From Eledone cirrhosa (taxonomy: Eukaryota): a stretch of 64,000 nt of DNA. Positions 24,743 through 39,861 of the stretch are shown here, piece after piece (position 1 is the stretch's first letter; each line of letters starts with the position of its first letter). The notes below the pieces were generated by a model. It worked only from the letters and a program-made list of their open reading frames with translations. It had not been told where the DNA came from and made no database searches. The position numbers were made by a program, and so were the translations under genes. The DNA lies in the NCBI GenBank assembly GCA_964016885.1, contig OZ024741.1, positions 208,940,001-209,004,000 of the forward strand, read 5' to 3'.

Positions 24743-25094
24743 CACTCGTGTCACAAATAATAGGGAGAATAAGTGGGGTGGGTTGGAGAATCCGTAATTT
24801 TTCTAGGTTGTTTCCGTTGATTTTTTTTTTAAACCAGAATTAGACATTTAATTTACATATTAAGACCCCAACTCATTTTATTCAGTTTATAATGTATGGG
24901 ATTTCTAGTAATGTACTTTTTGGGTCATGTATAATGTTTTTTAATGTCTAAAGGAAATTAATTGTCGCAGGAATGCTACCACTTAAAATAATATTTCGCC
25001 GAAGATAGATTAGGAAAATTTAATAAGCGGAGGTTGGGGGAAAACAATCTGAAAAATAAATAAGCGGAGGGGTCGATTATTCGAGACCCAAGTG
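24743..25094. mobile_element. Probable non-autonomous DNA transposon
   Basis: Imperfect 19-bp TIRs CACTCGTGTCACAAATAAT / ATTATTCGAGACCCAAGTG; subterminal AATAAG(C/T)GG.G repeats. Confidence 0.5.
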
Positions 25095-25853
25095 TGTGTG
25101 TGTGTGCGCGCGCGCACGCGTGTGTGTGTAAAATATCGTATTGTTACTTCAACCGACGATGATGGTGAGAAGCTATTTGGAGATGTGGTTGAGTGGGGTG
25201 TTTTTCAACAAAGAAGTAGTGTAGAGACATCTCAAATATCATAGATCGTGAGAGCATCATAATGAATTTGAGGACTTCCGCTTTTTAGCATTCTTGTGGG
25301 ATGGAGGGCTTGGGGATTCTTGTTAGGGTTCTTTTCTTTTGCTGGTTGTCTGGTTGCTTACCTCCCTACCTCCTGCCACATATATCTACGTAACCATCTG
25401 TCTATATATTGCTCTATTTATCTCATTTTCTATATATATATCTATCTACCCTCAATCCGTCTATCCATGTATCTCGCTGTCTCTATCTGTTTTTCTGCAT
25501 GTCAATTTAACTCTGTTGGTCTATTTATCAATCTTTTTATCTGTCAGTCTCTCTATCTATCTACCAGCAGCTGTTTACATTTCTTCATACATTACATACT
25601 ATATATCTAAACATCTATATTGCATACCGCGGTTGTAATCTAATTTATAATTTAACTAATTACTTACCTTAATTAGGTTTTATGTCTAAAAGCAACTTAT
25701 CTATCTACATGACGTGCAGGTATTACTGCGTGATTAACATGTACACTTTAGAATCATATGATTTCGAGTTCCATCCAACAGTACGGCACATTGGGCGTGC
25801 ATTGTCTTTTAAAGAATTGTGTATAATTTGGTACAAGTGTGCAAAATCCTATA

Positions 25854-25915
<62 letters not shown>

Positions 25916-26089
25916 TGGACGCACAGGAATTAGGACGTGTGTTTTCCTGCCAGCGACATATCAAATATATCGATTTTCATCAAAGGAAACCGTTCTCATA
26001 ATCAACAGCAAATGCATAAAGGTCATCTCGTTTGCATGGAAATAATTATTCTAATTAAACGATATATGTAACCTCACCATCTTATTTTG

Positions 26090-26124
<35 letters not shown>

Positions 26125-26132
<8 letters not shown>

Positions 26133-26430
26133 CACAGTAAATTGTGTGTCTAAAATTACGAGAGTAGAAATACGACATTGATTCGAAAGATTTAACCTGA
26201 AGCATGCCTAAGATATATAATATATATATACAGACCGTATCAATAACTATTTCATCTCTCGGACAGATTGGAGATTTAATCTGTTTCGCCCTGAAAATTG
26301 TGTTTGTAACAGATAATCTGTAGGCTTTCCTCAGCGACAGATGAGATCAAATGGAACAAACACATGTAACTACAATCAACATGTATTTCTACCTCGTAAT
26401 TTTAGACACACAATTTACTGTGTTTATTTC
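26125..26430 (-). mobile_element. HHR-bearing element with about 48-bp inverted termini in (TA)n
   Basis: 26125-26173 is inverted at 26382-26430; same terminus as the 7835-7950 fold-back. Confidence 0.8.
26252..26344 (-). ncRNA. Type I hammerhead ribozyme with full helix III
   Basis: Reverse complement TCATCTGTCG CTGAGGA AA GCC...GGC GAA ACAGATT-AAATCTCC-AATCTGT C CGAGAGATGA: helix I 9/10 bp, helix III 7 bp, GUC site. Confidence 0.85.
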
Positions 26431-26816
26431 TATATATATTATTATTAAGGACAGGCGTGTATATGTGCGTGTGTGTGTCTATGTATATGTCTGTACGTGT
26501 TTGTGTATATGAGCAAATGTACGCGTGCGCAGGTATGTGTCCTTGTATGCGTGTACGTGTGTGTGCGCGTGTGCGTGCGAGGGCATATAGGCAGGCGCCT
26601 GTGGACGTGTATGTTGGTATGTATATGGTCGTGGGCGTGTGTGGGTGTGTGTGAGAGAGAGAGTGTGTGTGTATATCTATATGGGTGTGTATATGTACAT
26701 ATGTGTGTGTACATATGTGTATGCGTATATATGTATGTGTGCGCATGTATGTGTATGTGTATATATGTGTGTGTGTATGTGTGGGTATATATGTGTGTGT
26801 GAGCGGACTTGTGAAA

Positions 26817-27135
26817 TACCAAACCCAGCATGAGTCCATTGAAGTGTGTCGGACGCAGAGTAGCTGATGGCAGGTATGGCAGCAAATATTGACCAGAATT
26901 TATGATGTCGTAGAAAAACAACAGCCAATAGCAAGACAAGAGAGGAAGATGTATTTTGAAGCTAACACCCCAGTGAGAAAATTTGTTCCGAAAGTATTGC
27001 ATGTGTCAGAAGAACCTGCAGATCTAGAATCAGACAGATCCATACAATGATCCTGTCTCCAGCTATCTGCCGGCGAAACAATTGTAACACACAATAAAGT
27101 GAGTTCAGATGCATCACTGATTTTTCGTTTTATAT
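26817..27135 (+). mobile_element. Interspersed repeat (family L) with decayed long-helix-II HHR at 27002-27091
   Basis: Homologous to 33392-33740 (-); TGTGT CAGAAGA ...GGC GAAA CAATTG TA ACACA. Confidence 0.7.
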
Positions 27136-27400
27136 TATATCACACTCTGCTCTGTAAGAACATAGAGTGCACAACTGGCATACCACCTATGGAAGCATCA
27201 TAGCTACCATTAAACACACACATATATATACCTGTATGTATATTGATAGGTGTAGATAAAGATATCTGTGTGTGTGTTTATGTGTTCTTCGGCGAAAATC
27301 CCGGGGTTGTTTACGTTATATCCTTTTATGTTTTTCGACAAATATACACTGATAAAATATATCTGCTTCTTGAAAACAGTGAAACAATAAATGAACGAGC

Positions 27401-27443
<43 letters not shown>

Positions 27444-27803
27444 CATTTATTTTAAATCTTCGTATGAAAACGTAGTTGGTTTCTAACTAATAAACAAATA
27501 TTTACCTTTTGAATTGAGATAAAGAATTGCATGTTGAATTTCATACAAGTCTTGTATAATTTTACTGTTCGCCTTACAACTTGAAGTTGCAGAATACAAC
27601 TTAGATTGTTTCATTTTTTTAATTGAAAATTATAGATTTTCGAAACTATTAGTTAAAAACTTAATAACATAATGAATCAGATAATCCTCGGTGAGGAAAC
27701 TGTAGATTTCAAGTGAGTAGTGCAATATCTTATGAGGTAAAAATCAACTTCTCAAGAGCACTCCATTCTCAAATGTATTTCATGCGGTCTCAGAGTAAAT
27801 GTA

Positions 27804-28042
27804 TCATCATCATCATCAGTCTCTTGACTTCTGTAGTCGTCGGCGGATCCTACTCCAGAAGCAACACACATTCAAAATAATAAATCAACGGCGACGGTCA
27901 ACAAATCTGGTGTCGTAATGTGCGTCTATTCTTTAACAATATCCGACCAGTTTTTGCGTTGGCGTTCCCTCCTGCGTCCACCTTCAACTGTGCCTTACGT
28001 GATAATCTTGCATAGGCTTTCATATCGTGTGACGTGGCCAAC
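27804..28042 (-). mobile_element. RTE-clade LINE 3' fragment with (TGA)n tail
   Basis: Manual translation GHVTRYESLCKIIT*GTVEGGRRRERQRKNWSDIVKE; (CAT)n at 27804-27817. Confidence 0.75.
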
Positions 28043-28669
28043 CCCCCCCCCCCCCCACCCCAGAATGAAATATGAAAGCTTTGCATACCATCAATAAGTT
28101 ATGCATAAGTATATTTCACACAAACTAGACAATGACACCAACATGTGGAGTAGTATATCAAGCCTCTCTTGGACACGTAACGTTTATACTAGGTCACATT
28201 TCAAAAGTTAGCTTTTTTAAAATCTACCCACTACAATTAGCTACTAAATACCTGCTGAGCAAAAGATTAAATGATGCGACATAAAATGCAACCAGATGCG
28301 ACATAACATATCTGTCATATATTTGTAGAATGGATTATACCGTTGATCGGTATCTGCCCTAAATTATCCACATACTACTTTCCTATGCAGTATATCGATG
28401 TTACTAATACAATATATAATGCCTACTTACATATATATACATATGTCTACGTACAGCTATATACATTCATATGTCTACTTACTTATACACATATATACAT
28501 ACATATGTCTACTTACATATGTCTACTTGGATATATATGTATACATATATATATACATACATGTGCATATATACATACATATGTCTACTTATATATATAT
28601 GAATACATGCGCAGTAGGTAATAAATAGAAATATTTGCTTGACTTTTTTGTAATCAGAGATGCCTATCA

Positions 28670-28860
28670 ATAATTGTTTCTACTTTAGGCACAAGGCCAG
28701 CAAATTACCCAGTACATTACTGGTACTTTATTTTATCGACCCCGTAAGGATGAAAGGCAAAGTTAACCACAGCGGGATTTGAACTCAAACCGTAAAGGGC
28801 CGTAACTATGCTAGAAAGCATGGCGTCCATCCCTCTACCGATACTGCCAATTCACTGCCT
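28670..28860 (-). mobile_element. SINE family 1
   Basis: Near-identical to 6212-6405. Confidence 0.9.
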
Positions 28861-30045
28861 ATCAATAATGATAAACATTGATTTTTTTTCCATAATTATA
28901 TCTGTTACCTTTACCGATATAGAGGAAAAACGAAGCAATGGAGTATGATGTGGTTTGTGCAGAAACCCTTCTTGGATTTGAACTCCTAATTCATACGTTG
29001 GTAGTCCAACGTCCTTCTCACTTCGTCATTAAGACTTAACACTGTCTACACAACACTGTATTATGAATCACATATTGGTTTTCTCATCTAATTAAATATC
29101 ACGAAAAGCTTTCTCTGCCCTCGGGGGCATCATTTAAACTGACACTCTTCAAGCAGTCTCAAATACGACTTATTATTTCTGGTAATTTCTTCTTACAGTA
29201 TAATATGAGTGAACTGTGAATAAAAAATACATAAAATACCACAGAGTCTGAAAGAATTGAAGTCTGCAAATGGACAAAAGTTGATAATAACCTTTAATAA
29301 AAAGAGTTCCATAAAGATAGACACTGCTAAAAGAAATGATTTGCTGTCCGTTCTCTGTATGGCGGCGATTGGAATGAAACATCCACATTTTAAATGATGC
29401 TAGCATCAGACGAGACAAGCAAGATGGACAGGAAGCTTGCCAGAGTCTGAACAGACAGATAATGAATGTTTCACACAATCAGATCATTACTGATTTTCTT
29501 CGCTGCAGACGAAACAATGCATTTCCGATCTTTACAATATCCTAGCAGATGAGGCAGCATCATAGCATTGCAGATGCAATGCTTGATTTGCAGACGACGA
29601 CTTTGCATAAGGTTCAAGTTATTTTGCTGGACAAAACGAATGTTTACACTGCAATCACAATGTTTTCTCTTTTACAAAGACAAAATATATTGTATTTAAT
29701 AACATTGATTACATTCGAATATTGATTTTCAATCTGGTCGTCCCTCAGACTTATAAAAGTTGGTATAGTCTGGATGGATGGTGCTGCATTTGAAATGTCC
29801 TAAATCAAATGATTTCTCCCCCCCCCCCCTCTCTCTCTCTCTCTCTTTCTCTTTCTCTCTTTCTCTGTATATATATATATATGTCTGTGTATATATATTA
29901 TATATAGGTATATATATATATATGATGGCTGCCCCCTTGTTATATATATATATACACATACATACATATATATATACATATATAATTATATATACATATA
30001 TATATTATATATATATGTATATATTTATATATACATACATATATA

Positions 30046-30112
<67 letters not shown>

Positions 30113-30130
30113 TTATATATATATATATAC

Positions 30131-30269
<139 letters not shown>

Positions 30270-30631
30270 TGGTGAACACTTTAAGAGGACAACAATAGCA
30301 GCAATGAAGGAAATGTAATTTCGTTACTAGAGATTTTCCTCGTGACATCCCCACCCTCTTCACCACCGCCAACAATACTGCAGCTGACACAAATGTCATA
30401 TTGTGAGGGTGGGTAGAGGAGATACAGTGTAGGAGTGGGAGGGAATAGAGTGGAAGATAAAGTGAAGTAGAGAGGTATTGGTGAGGGTAAGAGATTCGGA
30501 AAGAGTGGTTGAGAGAATAAGATAGAGATGTTGTGAGATGAGATATTGAAAGAGGAGAAAAGAGGTGAGATACAGAGGGAGAAATAGCGAAAGAGATATT
30601 CACACACACACACAAACACACACACATATAT

Positions 30632-30675
<44 letters not shown>

Positions 30676-30678
<3 letters not shown>

Positions 30679-30771
30679 GTGGAACACTGGAAGGTAATAT
30701 CCGAGCTGAAGATCCGCGAAGGTGAAACAATTGTTCTCGGTATGGTGAACTAACTGTTGTGTAACCACTTC
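30676..30771 (+). mobile_element. 96-bp HHR-containing insert between (TA)n tracts
   Basis: Homologous to the arms of 48999-49124. Confidence 0.75.
30701..30740 (+). ncRNA. Minimal type I HHR motif
   Basis: CCGAG CTGAAGA TCCGCGAAGGT GAAA CAATTG TT CTCGG; palindromic helix III. Confidence 0.75.
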
Positions 30772-30837
<66 letters not shown>

Positions 30838-32625
30838 CAAAAGTTCTATTTAAAGTTGTTGTAACAAGTAAATATTTTTATAACAGATATAAAGCACTCG
30901 ACAAGTTTTTGGAGTAGATATACGATATTAATAAATGGAAACTATATTTATAAAACCATATTTATTTCATTATACATATTTCAGGGATACCACATTAAAT
31001 TATGGTATGCCTTCATCCGATAAAATACAATATATAACAGTTTTACAAATAGCTTTGACGTACCCTTTTATAATACAACCATTACTTTTGGAGGCTGTCT
31101 GGATAGTGATTTGTTTACATTGTTTTAATAAGTCATAGTGTTAAGCACAATTAGAAAAAGACGGAGAGAAAGAAAAAGAAAAAGACGGAGAGAGAGAAAA
31201 GAACAAAGACGGAGAGAAAGAAAAAAAGAGACAGAAAACCTGGAGAAATATCGGAGAGAGAAATGTATGGAGAAAAGAAAGAGATAAATACAGATAGGAG
31301 GAAATAAAAAATAAAAAAGAAAAAAGAAAAAAGAAAAAAGAAAAAAGAAAAAAGAAAAAAGAAAAAAGAAAAAAGAAAAAAGAAAAAAGAAAAAAGAAAA
31401 AAGAAAAAAGAAAAAAGAAAAAAGAAAAAAGAAAAAAGAAAAAAGAAAAAAAAGAAAAAAGAAAAAAGAAAAAAGAAAAATGAAAAAAGAAAAAAGAAAA
31501 AAGAAAAACGAAAGAAAAGGAAGAAAGAAAAACAGGAAAGCAACAGAGATATCAAGTCATCATACAGAGAGAAAAACTCAAGAGAGAGAAATACTATATA
31601 GAGAGAGAAATACTATATATAGAAGCTTTACGTCATGTCATATTAAGTTGAGTTAACAATTTATATGAAATGAATAATAATATGAGAAATTAAACATTGT
31701 TCAATAATGACTTATACCAATAATAACCCAAACAATATTCAATTAAATAACTGTAACTGTAGAAATAAATCTAACTGTCCGTTAAATAACAACTGCTTAG
31801 CTAAAAATGTAGTGTACAATTGTAATGTTAAAACTAATTTAAATTCATTTAACTATGTTGGTTCCACCTCTACAGAATTTAAATTTCGCTTCAATAATCA
31901 TAAGAATTCTTTCACAGATCCAAACAAAAAATCTTCAACTTCGCTATTTAGCCTACTATGGGACCTAAAACGAGATAATATTAAATATTCGATGAATGGA
32001 ATATTATTTCAAAAGCTACTCCTTTTAATTCCTCTTCAGAGAATTGTGGTCTTTGTATTGAAGAAATATTCATTATATTAAAGTCCAAAAATTCCCTTAA
32101 TCTAAGGAACAATTTATTCAGTTGCTGCAGACATAGATTGAACTCAACGTTTAAATATAAATATAAATTTAAAATGTAGTATAATTAATTAAGTAATTTT
32201 AGTTAATATATAGAACCTGTCGATAAATCATTAGATTCCTTCACCTTTTTCTTTTTAAACTTTCTTCCTAAATATAAACTAGGATATAATAAACTAGTCT
32301 AAAATGTCTATACTTCCAATGTATTAAATAAAATAAATCTCCGTCTTTGTTCTTTTCTCTCTCTCCGTCTTTTTCTTTTTCTTTCTCTCCGTCTTTTTCT
32401 AATTGTGCTTAACACTATGACTTATTAAAACAATGTAAACAAATCACTATCCAGACAGCCTCCAATGGTTGTATTATAAAAGGGTACGTCAAAGCTATTT
32501 GTAAAACTGTTATATATTGTATTTTATCTGATGAAGGCATACCATAATTTAATGTGGTATCCCTGAAATATGTATAATGAAATAAATATGGTTTTATAAA
32601 TATAGTTTCCATTTATTAATATCGT
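30838..32625 (+). mobile_element. 5'-truncated Penelope-like element with inverted pLTR arm
   Basis: GIY-YIG remnant 31749-32140 (CNCR..CPL..CL, VVY..YVG, CGLC, CRH); 32338-32625 is inverted at about 30922-31215; (TA)n flanks. Confidence 0.88.
32520..32584 (+). ncRNA. Type I HHR in PLE 3' UTR/pLTR
   Basis: TATTTTAT CTGATGA AGG-C-ATACCATA..TGTGGTAT-C-CCT GAAA TATGTA TA ATGAAATA; the inverted copy at about 30963-31027 has a core mutation (CGGATGA). Confidence 0.82.
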
Positions 32626-32754
32626 ATATATATATATATATATAAATGCTCGGACCTATTCGTTAGAATCTTAGAGCTTATTTTGCGGGTGATATGGCGC
32701 ATGCCACCCATAATTTTGATTATCTTAATTTTGATTATCTTAATTTTGATTATC

Positions 32755-33040
<286 letters not shown>

Positions 33041-33082
33041 ATATATATATATATGTATAGATACATATATATATATACATAC

Positions 33083-33286
<204 letters not shown>

Positions 33287-33298
33287 GAGAGAGAGAGA

Positions 33299-33376
<78 letters not shown>

Positions 33377-33391
33377 GAGAGAGAATAGAAA

Positions 33392-33740
33392 AGGAAAAAT
33401 CAGTGATGCATCTGAACTCAATTTATTGTGTGTTACAATTGTTTCGCCGGCGGACAGCTCGAGACGCGATCATTGTGTGGATCTGTCTGATTCTGGACCC
33501 GCAGATTCGACGGACACGTCTAATGATTTCGGAGCATGTTCTCTCACTGGGGTTCACTGGGGTATCTGACTCTCTGGTCTAGTACCGTCAAAAACTTCAC
33601 CCTCTTCGCGGGTCCTGTGATTGGCCACTGGTTTTCGACGTCATCAAAATTCTGACCACAGGTACCAGTCCGCTGACCATCAGGGCGATAGCTATCCCAT
33701 GTCTGCTGCACTTCAATAAATTACTGCTGTGTTTGGTTGT
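33392..33740 (-). mobile_element. Family L copy with decayed HHR (33430-33517)
   Basis: Reverse-complement homologue of 26817-27135. Confidence 0.7.
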
Positions 33741-33753
33741 TTACACATCCACG

Positions 33754-33838
<85 letters not shown>

Positions 33839-34240
33839 GCACATAGATAATGACAGTTGTACACATAGACGCCCGCTATACACACACATTTAAGGAGAAC
33901 ATATAAACACATAAACATACGCATACATTCATCCAGAGAGGTACGTGCACATGCCCACATACATCAACATACACACACGCATACATGCGCATACACATGC
34001 ACACGCGTGTATATACACGTACATACATATACATAGACCCCCCCTCCACCCACGCACACACATATACACGTACACATATACATATATACACACACAGATA
34101 GACACTCGCTCGCAAACACACATATACACACCAACAAGCCCTTTCCCTAGACGGGTGCTTTACACACACACGCACACACACACATACCCACACACACACA
34201 CATGCACACACACTGGCTCATACACACACACACACACACA

Positions 34241-34317
<77 letters not shown>

Positions 34318-34321
<4 letters not shown>

Positions 34322-36458
34322 GTATAAGAATAAATAAAAAATATACATATAACGGCACATAAAGATACACAGTGGGCTATACATGAAAGGGTGCACCTTG
34401 TTATATGTGCCTACAGAAAAGTTATTACGTTGTGAACATGGATCAATCCACGTATGGAATCCTCACTCAAAGCCACATAATGGGCGTTCATGGTATTACA
34501 GTAAATAGCATGCGCAGACCGTACATAGAAAATGCGTGCAGAATATATATAAAAAAGAAGAAGGAACGTGTATGCATATGAGATAGTACACAAGAGAAGT
34601 ATGAGATACACACGTGGGTCTGTACACGGAAAATGCATTAGGTGTTACAAAATGGAATGCGTGGAGAGTATGCACTCTCTACTGAAAAGATACACATGCG
34701 GCGGTGGGGGGGGGGGGACCGGCCATACTGGAGTATGTCACTGTGGTTGAGGTATAGCGTCTTATTGGTGTAAGGCACTTGACTGAATATCAATGGAATC
34801 CGGGTCAACCTGTCCCGGCTCAGGCGATGTTTTTTGCCTAGGTTGATGTGCAGAGTCGGGTAGGCATCCTGGGTTATTTCGGCTTACCCCACGGGGCATA
34901 TATAGTCAACAGGGTAAGTTGTCTGATCTCTTGAACCCGTTTCTCCGCTCTGGTCGGCGTACGCTCCGCCGCATGCCTTTAGCTTGGGCTGCTCGCTGGA
35001 TTCCATGCGGAGAGTGTGCACCTGCTCTGGTGTCTGCACGTCATGATTATTTCTGATTTCAGGTTGACCGCATCATCCTTCAGTCTCTCCATGGCCTCGG
35101 ATAGGCAGAGCCTACACTTTCTATTTCCAGCCGAATATGCATTCGCGTGCCGAACGATACTCCAGTTGAGGCCATACGGAGTGCCTTTGTCTTTCAAGTC
35201 CCACTCCAGGCCCGCCAGCCTAGTAGAGTGCCTCTTCCTCCCGTCCTTGAAAGAGTTTTTGTGGTTATACATCCGAGATTTAAAGGTTGTGGATGTTGCG
35301 CCGATGTAGGTGCGCTTTATATTGTGCGTGCTAACCACACATTTATATACCAGGCCCTTCCTTAGGCATCTTCCCTGCAGAGGGCACTGTGTGCCCGTTC
35401 TGCAGTTGCACGTTCTGCCGTTATATTGTTCATTTCGGACGCCTGGCCCTTGATCTACCACGGCCCTCTCCCGATTCTCTGGGTGTTGTTCTGCCGACAC
35501 GGTGGTCTCCCCTCCGCCACTCATTTCCGCCCGGCGTTGGATTGTATCGTCTTCCGCGGGCGTGGCGGCTGCCGCAGGAGCCGGGTTGTAGTTGGAAGAC
35601 CGGTCTGCAGGGGGCCCTCCGGGCTCCGGTGGATGGTCATTCGGCCGCCGCGGTTGTCGGTCGAGGTTCCCCATCTTCGCCGCGTTGGTTTTGGCCATGT
35701 AGTCTGCCATGTTAGGTGCGGTGGAGAAGGAGAACTTCACCGTGTGACGGTTGAAAATCTTGTGGTATCTGCTCGACGGCGGGAAACACTCGTCCAACGC
35801 TCGGAAGAAGAGGCCTGGTTCATTGCTGCATACATGCTTAGAATACGGCGCGTTAAACCATGTAACGGCCTTAGACCTTGTCTAGTTCCTTCGTGTGTGT
35901 GTAGTAGTATGAATGTGTGTTGCGTCAGGTGTCCGTCTCGGGTTTTTCCCGCCTGTTATTTCGTCCCCTATGTTGCCGCTATCTATATGTCTACCGTGGA
36001 CGTCAGGGTTACGCCGTTCGCTTACTAAGGTCATTCGTTTTGTATTGTCGGCTCTACTGTTAGTCTCGTTAATGCTATGCGGTGCTGGTGTCGGGGCTAT
36101 ATCATTGCTACTGGACCGGGTGTTCCCTCTACCGGGTTCCACGGCCGTACTTGCCCTTACCCTGTCCCGAGTTCTAGTTTCCGCGACGCATGTGGTGCGC
36201 GTGCCGGGCTTCTGTCTACGTGTAGTGGGTGGTCTGGCGCCTGTGTGTGTCTTCGTCTGTCTTATTGTCGGTTTTGTGTCCCTGTGTCTTATTGTCGGTT
36301 TTGTGTCCCTTTTGCTACTCGTGTTCCTGGAGGCCAACAGGGTGGATACGCGTTTGAATACCCCTTTAACTATTGCTTCTCTGACTTTCATGTATAGCCC
36401 ACTGTGTATCTTTATGTGCCGTTATATGTATATTTTTTTATATATTCTTATACATTTA
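34318..36458 (-). mobile_element. 5'-truncated Penelope-like element with short inverted 3' arm
   Basis: ORF 34979-35797 with WFNAPYS just upstream, then KIFNRHT, CNCR..CPL.G.CL, LVY..YIG, CRLC and CRH; 34318-34389 is inverted at 36385-36458; TA-rich flanks. Confidence 0.9.
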
Positions 36459-36591
36459 TATATATATATATGTGTGTGTGTGTATGTGTGTGTGTGTGTG
36501 TTTCTTATATATATATATATTTATAACAAGATGCATCCTTTCATGTATGACCCATTGTGTATCTTTATATGACTTTCTGTGTATATTCCTT

Positions 36592-36630
<39 letters not shown>

Positions 36631-37111
36631 ACTAGAAATAAATTGACACATATATATATAAAATAAACACATGAAACAATCTCAGGGAATAATTTGTAAA
36701 GTGTGTAAGCACACATAGCTAGGTAGGTAACTAATTAAAGTTTAACTAGAACTTCAAATGTAGATACCTTTTAAAATGATTATTCTCCTTTGTATATATT
36801 TCTTTAAATAAAAAATATATTTCACCAATTAACCAGGAAATCACACCAGTCAAATCTCGGATGGTCACCAAAGGAGAAGATCCAACCATCTGTATTTACA
36901 CAGCAAATGCAAATCTGTGAATGACTCGAACCTCGTGTTGAAATTTATATGAATACAGACATCGCACCGCGTCATCCCAGTGGCGTGAATAGGATTATTG
37001 ACAGCTAGAAATAGCAGCCGAGTCCATTCAACTGAATTAGCTCTACAATCACACACACACTGGCTCATATACAATCTTACAAATATGCGCATATTCATAT
37101 ACACACCCACG

Positions 37112-37916
<805 letters not shown>

Positions 37917-38212
37917 TTATTTTATCCACTCATTGAGATGTTTAAGTATTAGAGACTAATTAACTTTTAATTAATATATATATACATATATATAATATAT
38001 TATATATATACATGATGTGCTAGTAACTTAACAGGACTTTGTGTGATGTGTAAGCTATGAGTAGAGTAGAGTTAGCGAGTTGTATCACCATGTAACGTAA
38101 TATCCGTGGAGTATATAACTGCGATCTCAGCTCTCTGCAGCCATTGTATTTTTTTTTTTTTTTTTTTTACTAGCTTCTTGTTAACAGGTCCTCAATTTGA
38201 GGCGCTCGAGCG

Positions 38213-38512
38213 ATGGGCACAGAGCAACGAACCAACCTGAAGTTTCTTGACGGCGTGGGGAAACCTGTCGGGAGGACTCAGAATACTGCAGCAAGTGTAA
38301 GGATATGAGACGGTGTCGTGTTCACGGATTTTCGAGTGACGCAAAAGTTTCAAAGATGGGCGTAAGGAGGTGGAAGACGACTCCGGAGCGGAAGGCCTTC
38401 AACGAGCTGGGCTGAGGTCAACGTTAAGCGGATGAGGCAAGTGGGGCGACTGAAAGTAAGAAAGCTGGGCATGAACCACGACAGTGTTTGAAAGATTATC
38501 ACCGAAGATTTA
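38213..38512 (+). mobile_element. Degraded mariner transposase 5' remnant
   Basis: Nucleotide similarity to 3012-3325 (CACAGAGCAACGAA, CTGCAGCAAGTGTA, GGAGCGGAAGG). Confidence 0.8.
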
Positions 38513-38519
38513 AAAGTCT

Positions 38520-39426
38520 TAACTAGAAAATATATCCTCTGGCTGACTCGTGTGTGCCGGGTAGCCTGGATCTCTGGAAAGGATCCTAAGCAATGGTAAT
38601 CAGGAGTTATAATCGCAATTTTCAAAAATGGAGACAAGAGAGATTGCTCCAATTACAGAGGGATCTCCTTGTTAAGCCTCCTCGGTAAAGTCTAGGCTAA
38701 GTGTCTGGTAAAGAGATGCAGGAAGATTGTTGAGTCTACGCTAGCTAATAAACATGTGGGTTCCCCCCCCCCCCCGAAAGCAGCACAGTCAACCAAATAT
38801 TTACACTGTGGCAGGTCTTCGAGAAATCGTGGAAGTATTGCCAAGAGATATATTCTTGTTTTGCTTCGAAATGGCATATGACCGCGTTCTTCGAGACCTG
38901 CTGTGGAATGTTCTGCAAGAGTATGGGATCGATTGTCAACTTCTTGCCCTGATGTCTCTATACGAATGTAAAAGCCAAATTCACTATCTTCCATTCGATA
39001 TTTGTGCCAACCCTTAACTATAGTCATGAATCTTGGATAATGACCAACAGAATACGATCGTGAATACAAGCGGTTAAAATGGGGTTCCTCCGAGGGGCCT
39101 TTCCAGTAACGTTACTCGTTAGAGTGCTTAGCTCGGAGATCAGAGAGTCACTTCAGGTATAGTCGCTACTTCTACGAATTAAGAGATCACAGCTCCGGTA
39201 CTATGGGGATGTGGTTAGAATGTCTCAGGAAAGAATCACAAGACAGATTTTATGGGCAAAACCAGCCGGCAGGAGACCCAGGTATGGAATATGAGCATTG
39301 GCTGGTTTGGCTTGGGGATCCAGCTGAATCAGTTGGAGACGGTTGTTTCTAACAGGACCCAGTGGAAGGAGTGTTTGAGGACTCTGCCCCACAACCCACT
39401 CAGGAATACGTGGGCGAAGAAGAAGA
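38520..39426 (+). mobile_element. Decayed RTE-clade LINE (RT fragment and 3' end)
   Basis: Manual translation WLTRVCRVAW..FKNGDKRDCSNYRGISLLS..AYDRV; LTYSHESW..SQLRYYGDVVRM..GRRPR; short (AAG)n tail. Confidence 0.85.
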
Positions 39427-39569
39427 AATATCGCATCACAGTTTGTTCGATGATCTAACGAATCTAGCAAACCGTCGCCACATTACTTTTTGAGTAATAA
39501 CGGAAGTTCAAATAATTCCAAACATTCCTTTGTGATTTTAAGTTGAACTCATTTGGTGGAGGTCAATAG

Positions 39570-39643
39570 AGAAGAAGAAGAAGAAGAAGAAGAAGAAGAA
39601 GAAGAAGAAGAAGAAGAAGAAGAAGAAGAAGAAGAAGAAGAAG

Positions 39644-39672
<29 letters not shown>
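39570..39672. repeat. (GAA)n microsatellite
   Basis: Direct reading. Confidence 0.95.
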
Positions 39673-39674
<2 letters not shown>

Positions 39675-39751
39675 GGAGGTAAAGCAGGAGAAACATTGTA
39701 TTGCTAAAATCGATACTAATAACGATTCACCATTATAAAAAAGCATAATTA

Positions 39752-39861
<110 letters not shown>

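Noticed and set aside
28425-28610. Regularly spaced CATATGTCTAC repeats resembling a CRISPR array
   Set aside because: Spacers are (TA/CA) low-complexity, context is eukaryotic and there are no cas genes; it is a minisatellite
29230-29680. Possible transposase remnant (KIDTAKRNDLLSVLC) and recurring GCAGA(C/T)G motifs
   Set aside because: Too short and degenerate to assign without a profile search
34415-34475. Possible HHR in the 3' UTR of the 34-36 kb PLE
   Set aside because: Both core boxes would need to be mutated (GTGAGGA, ACAACGTA); not supportable
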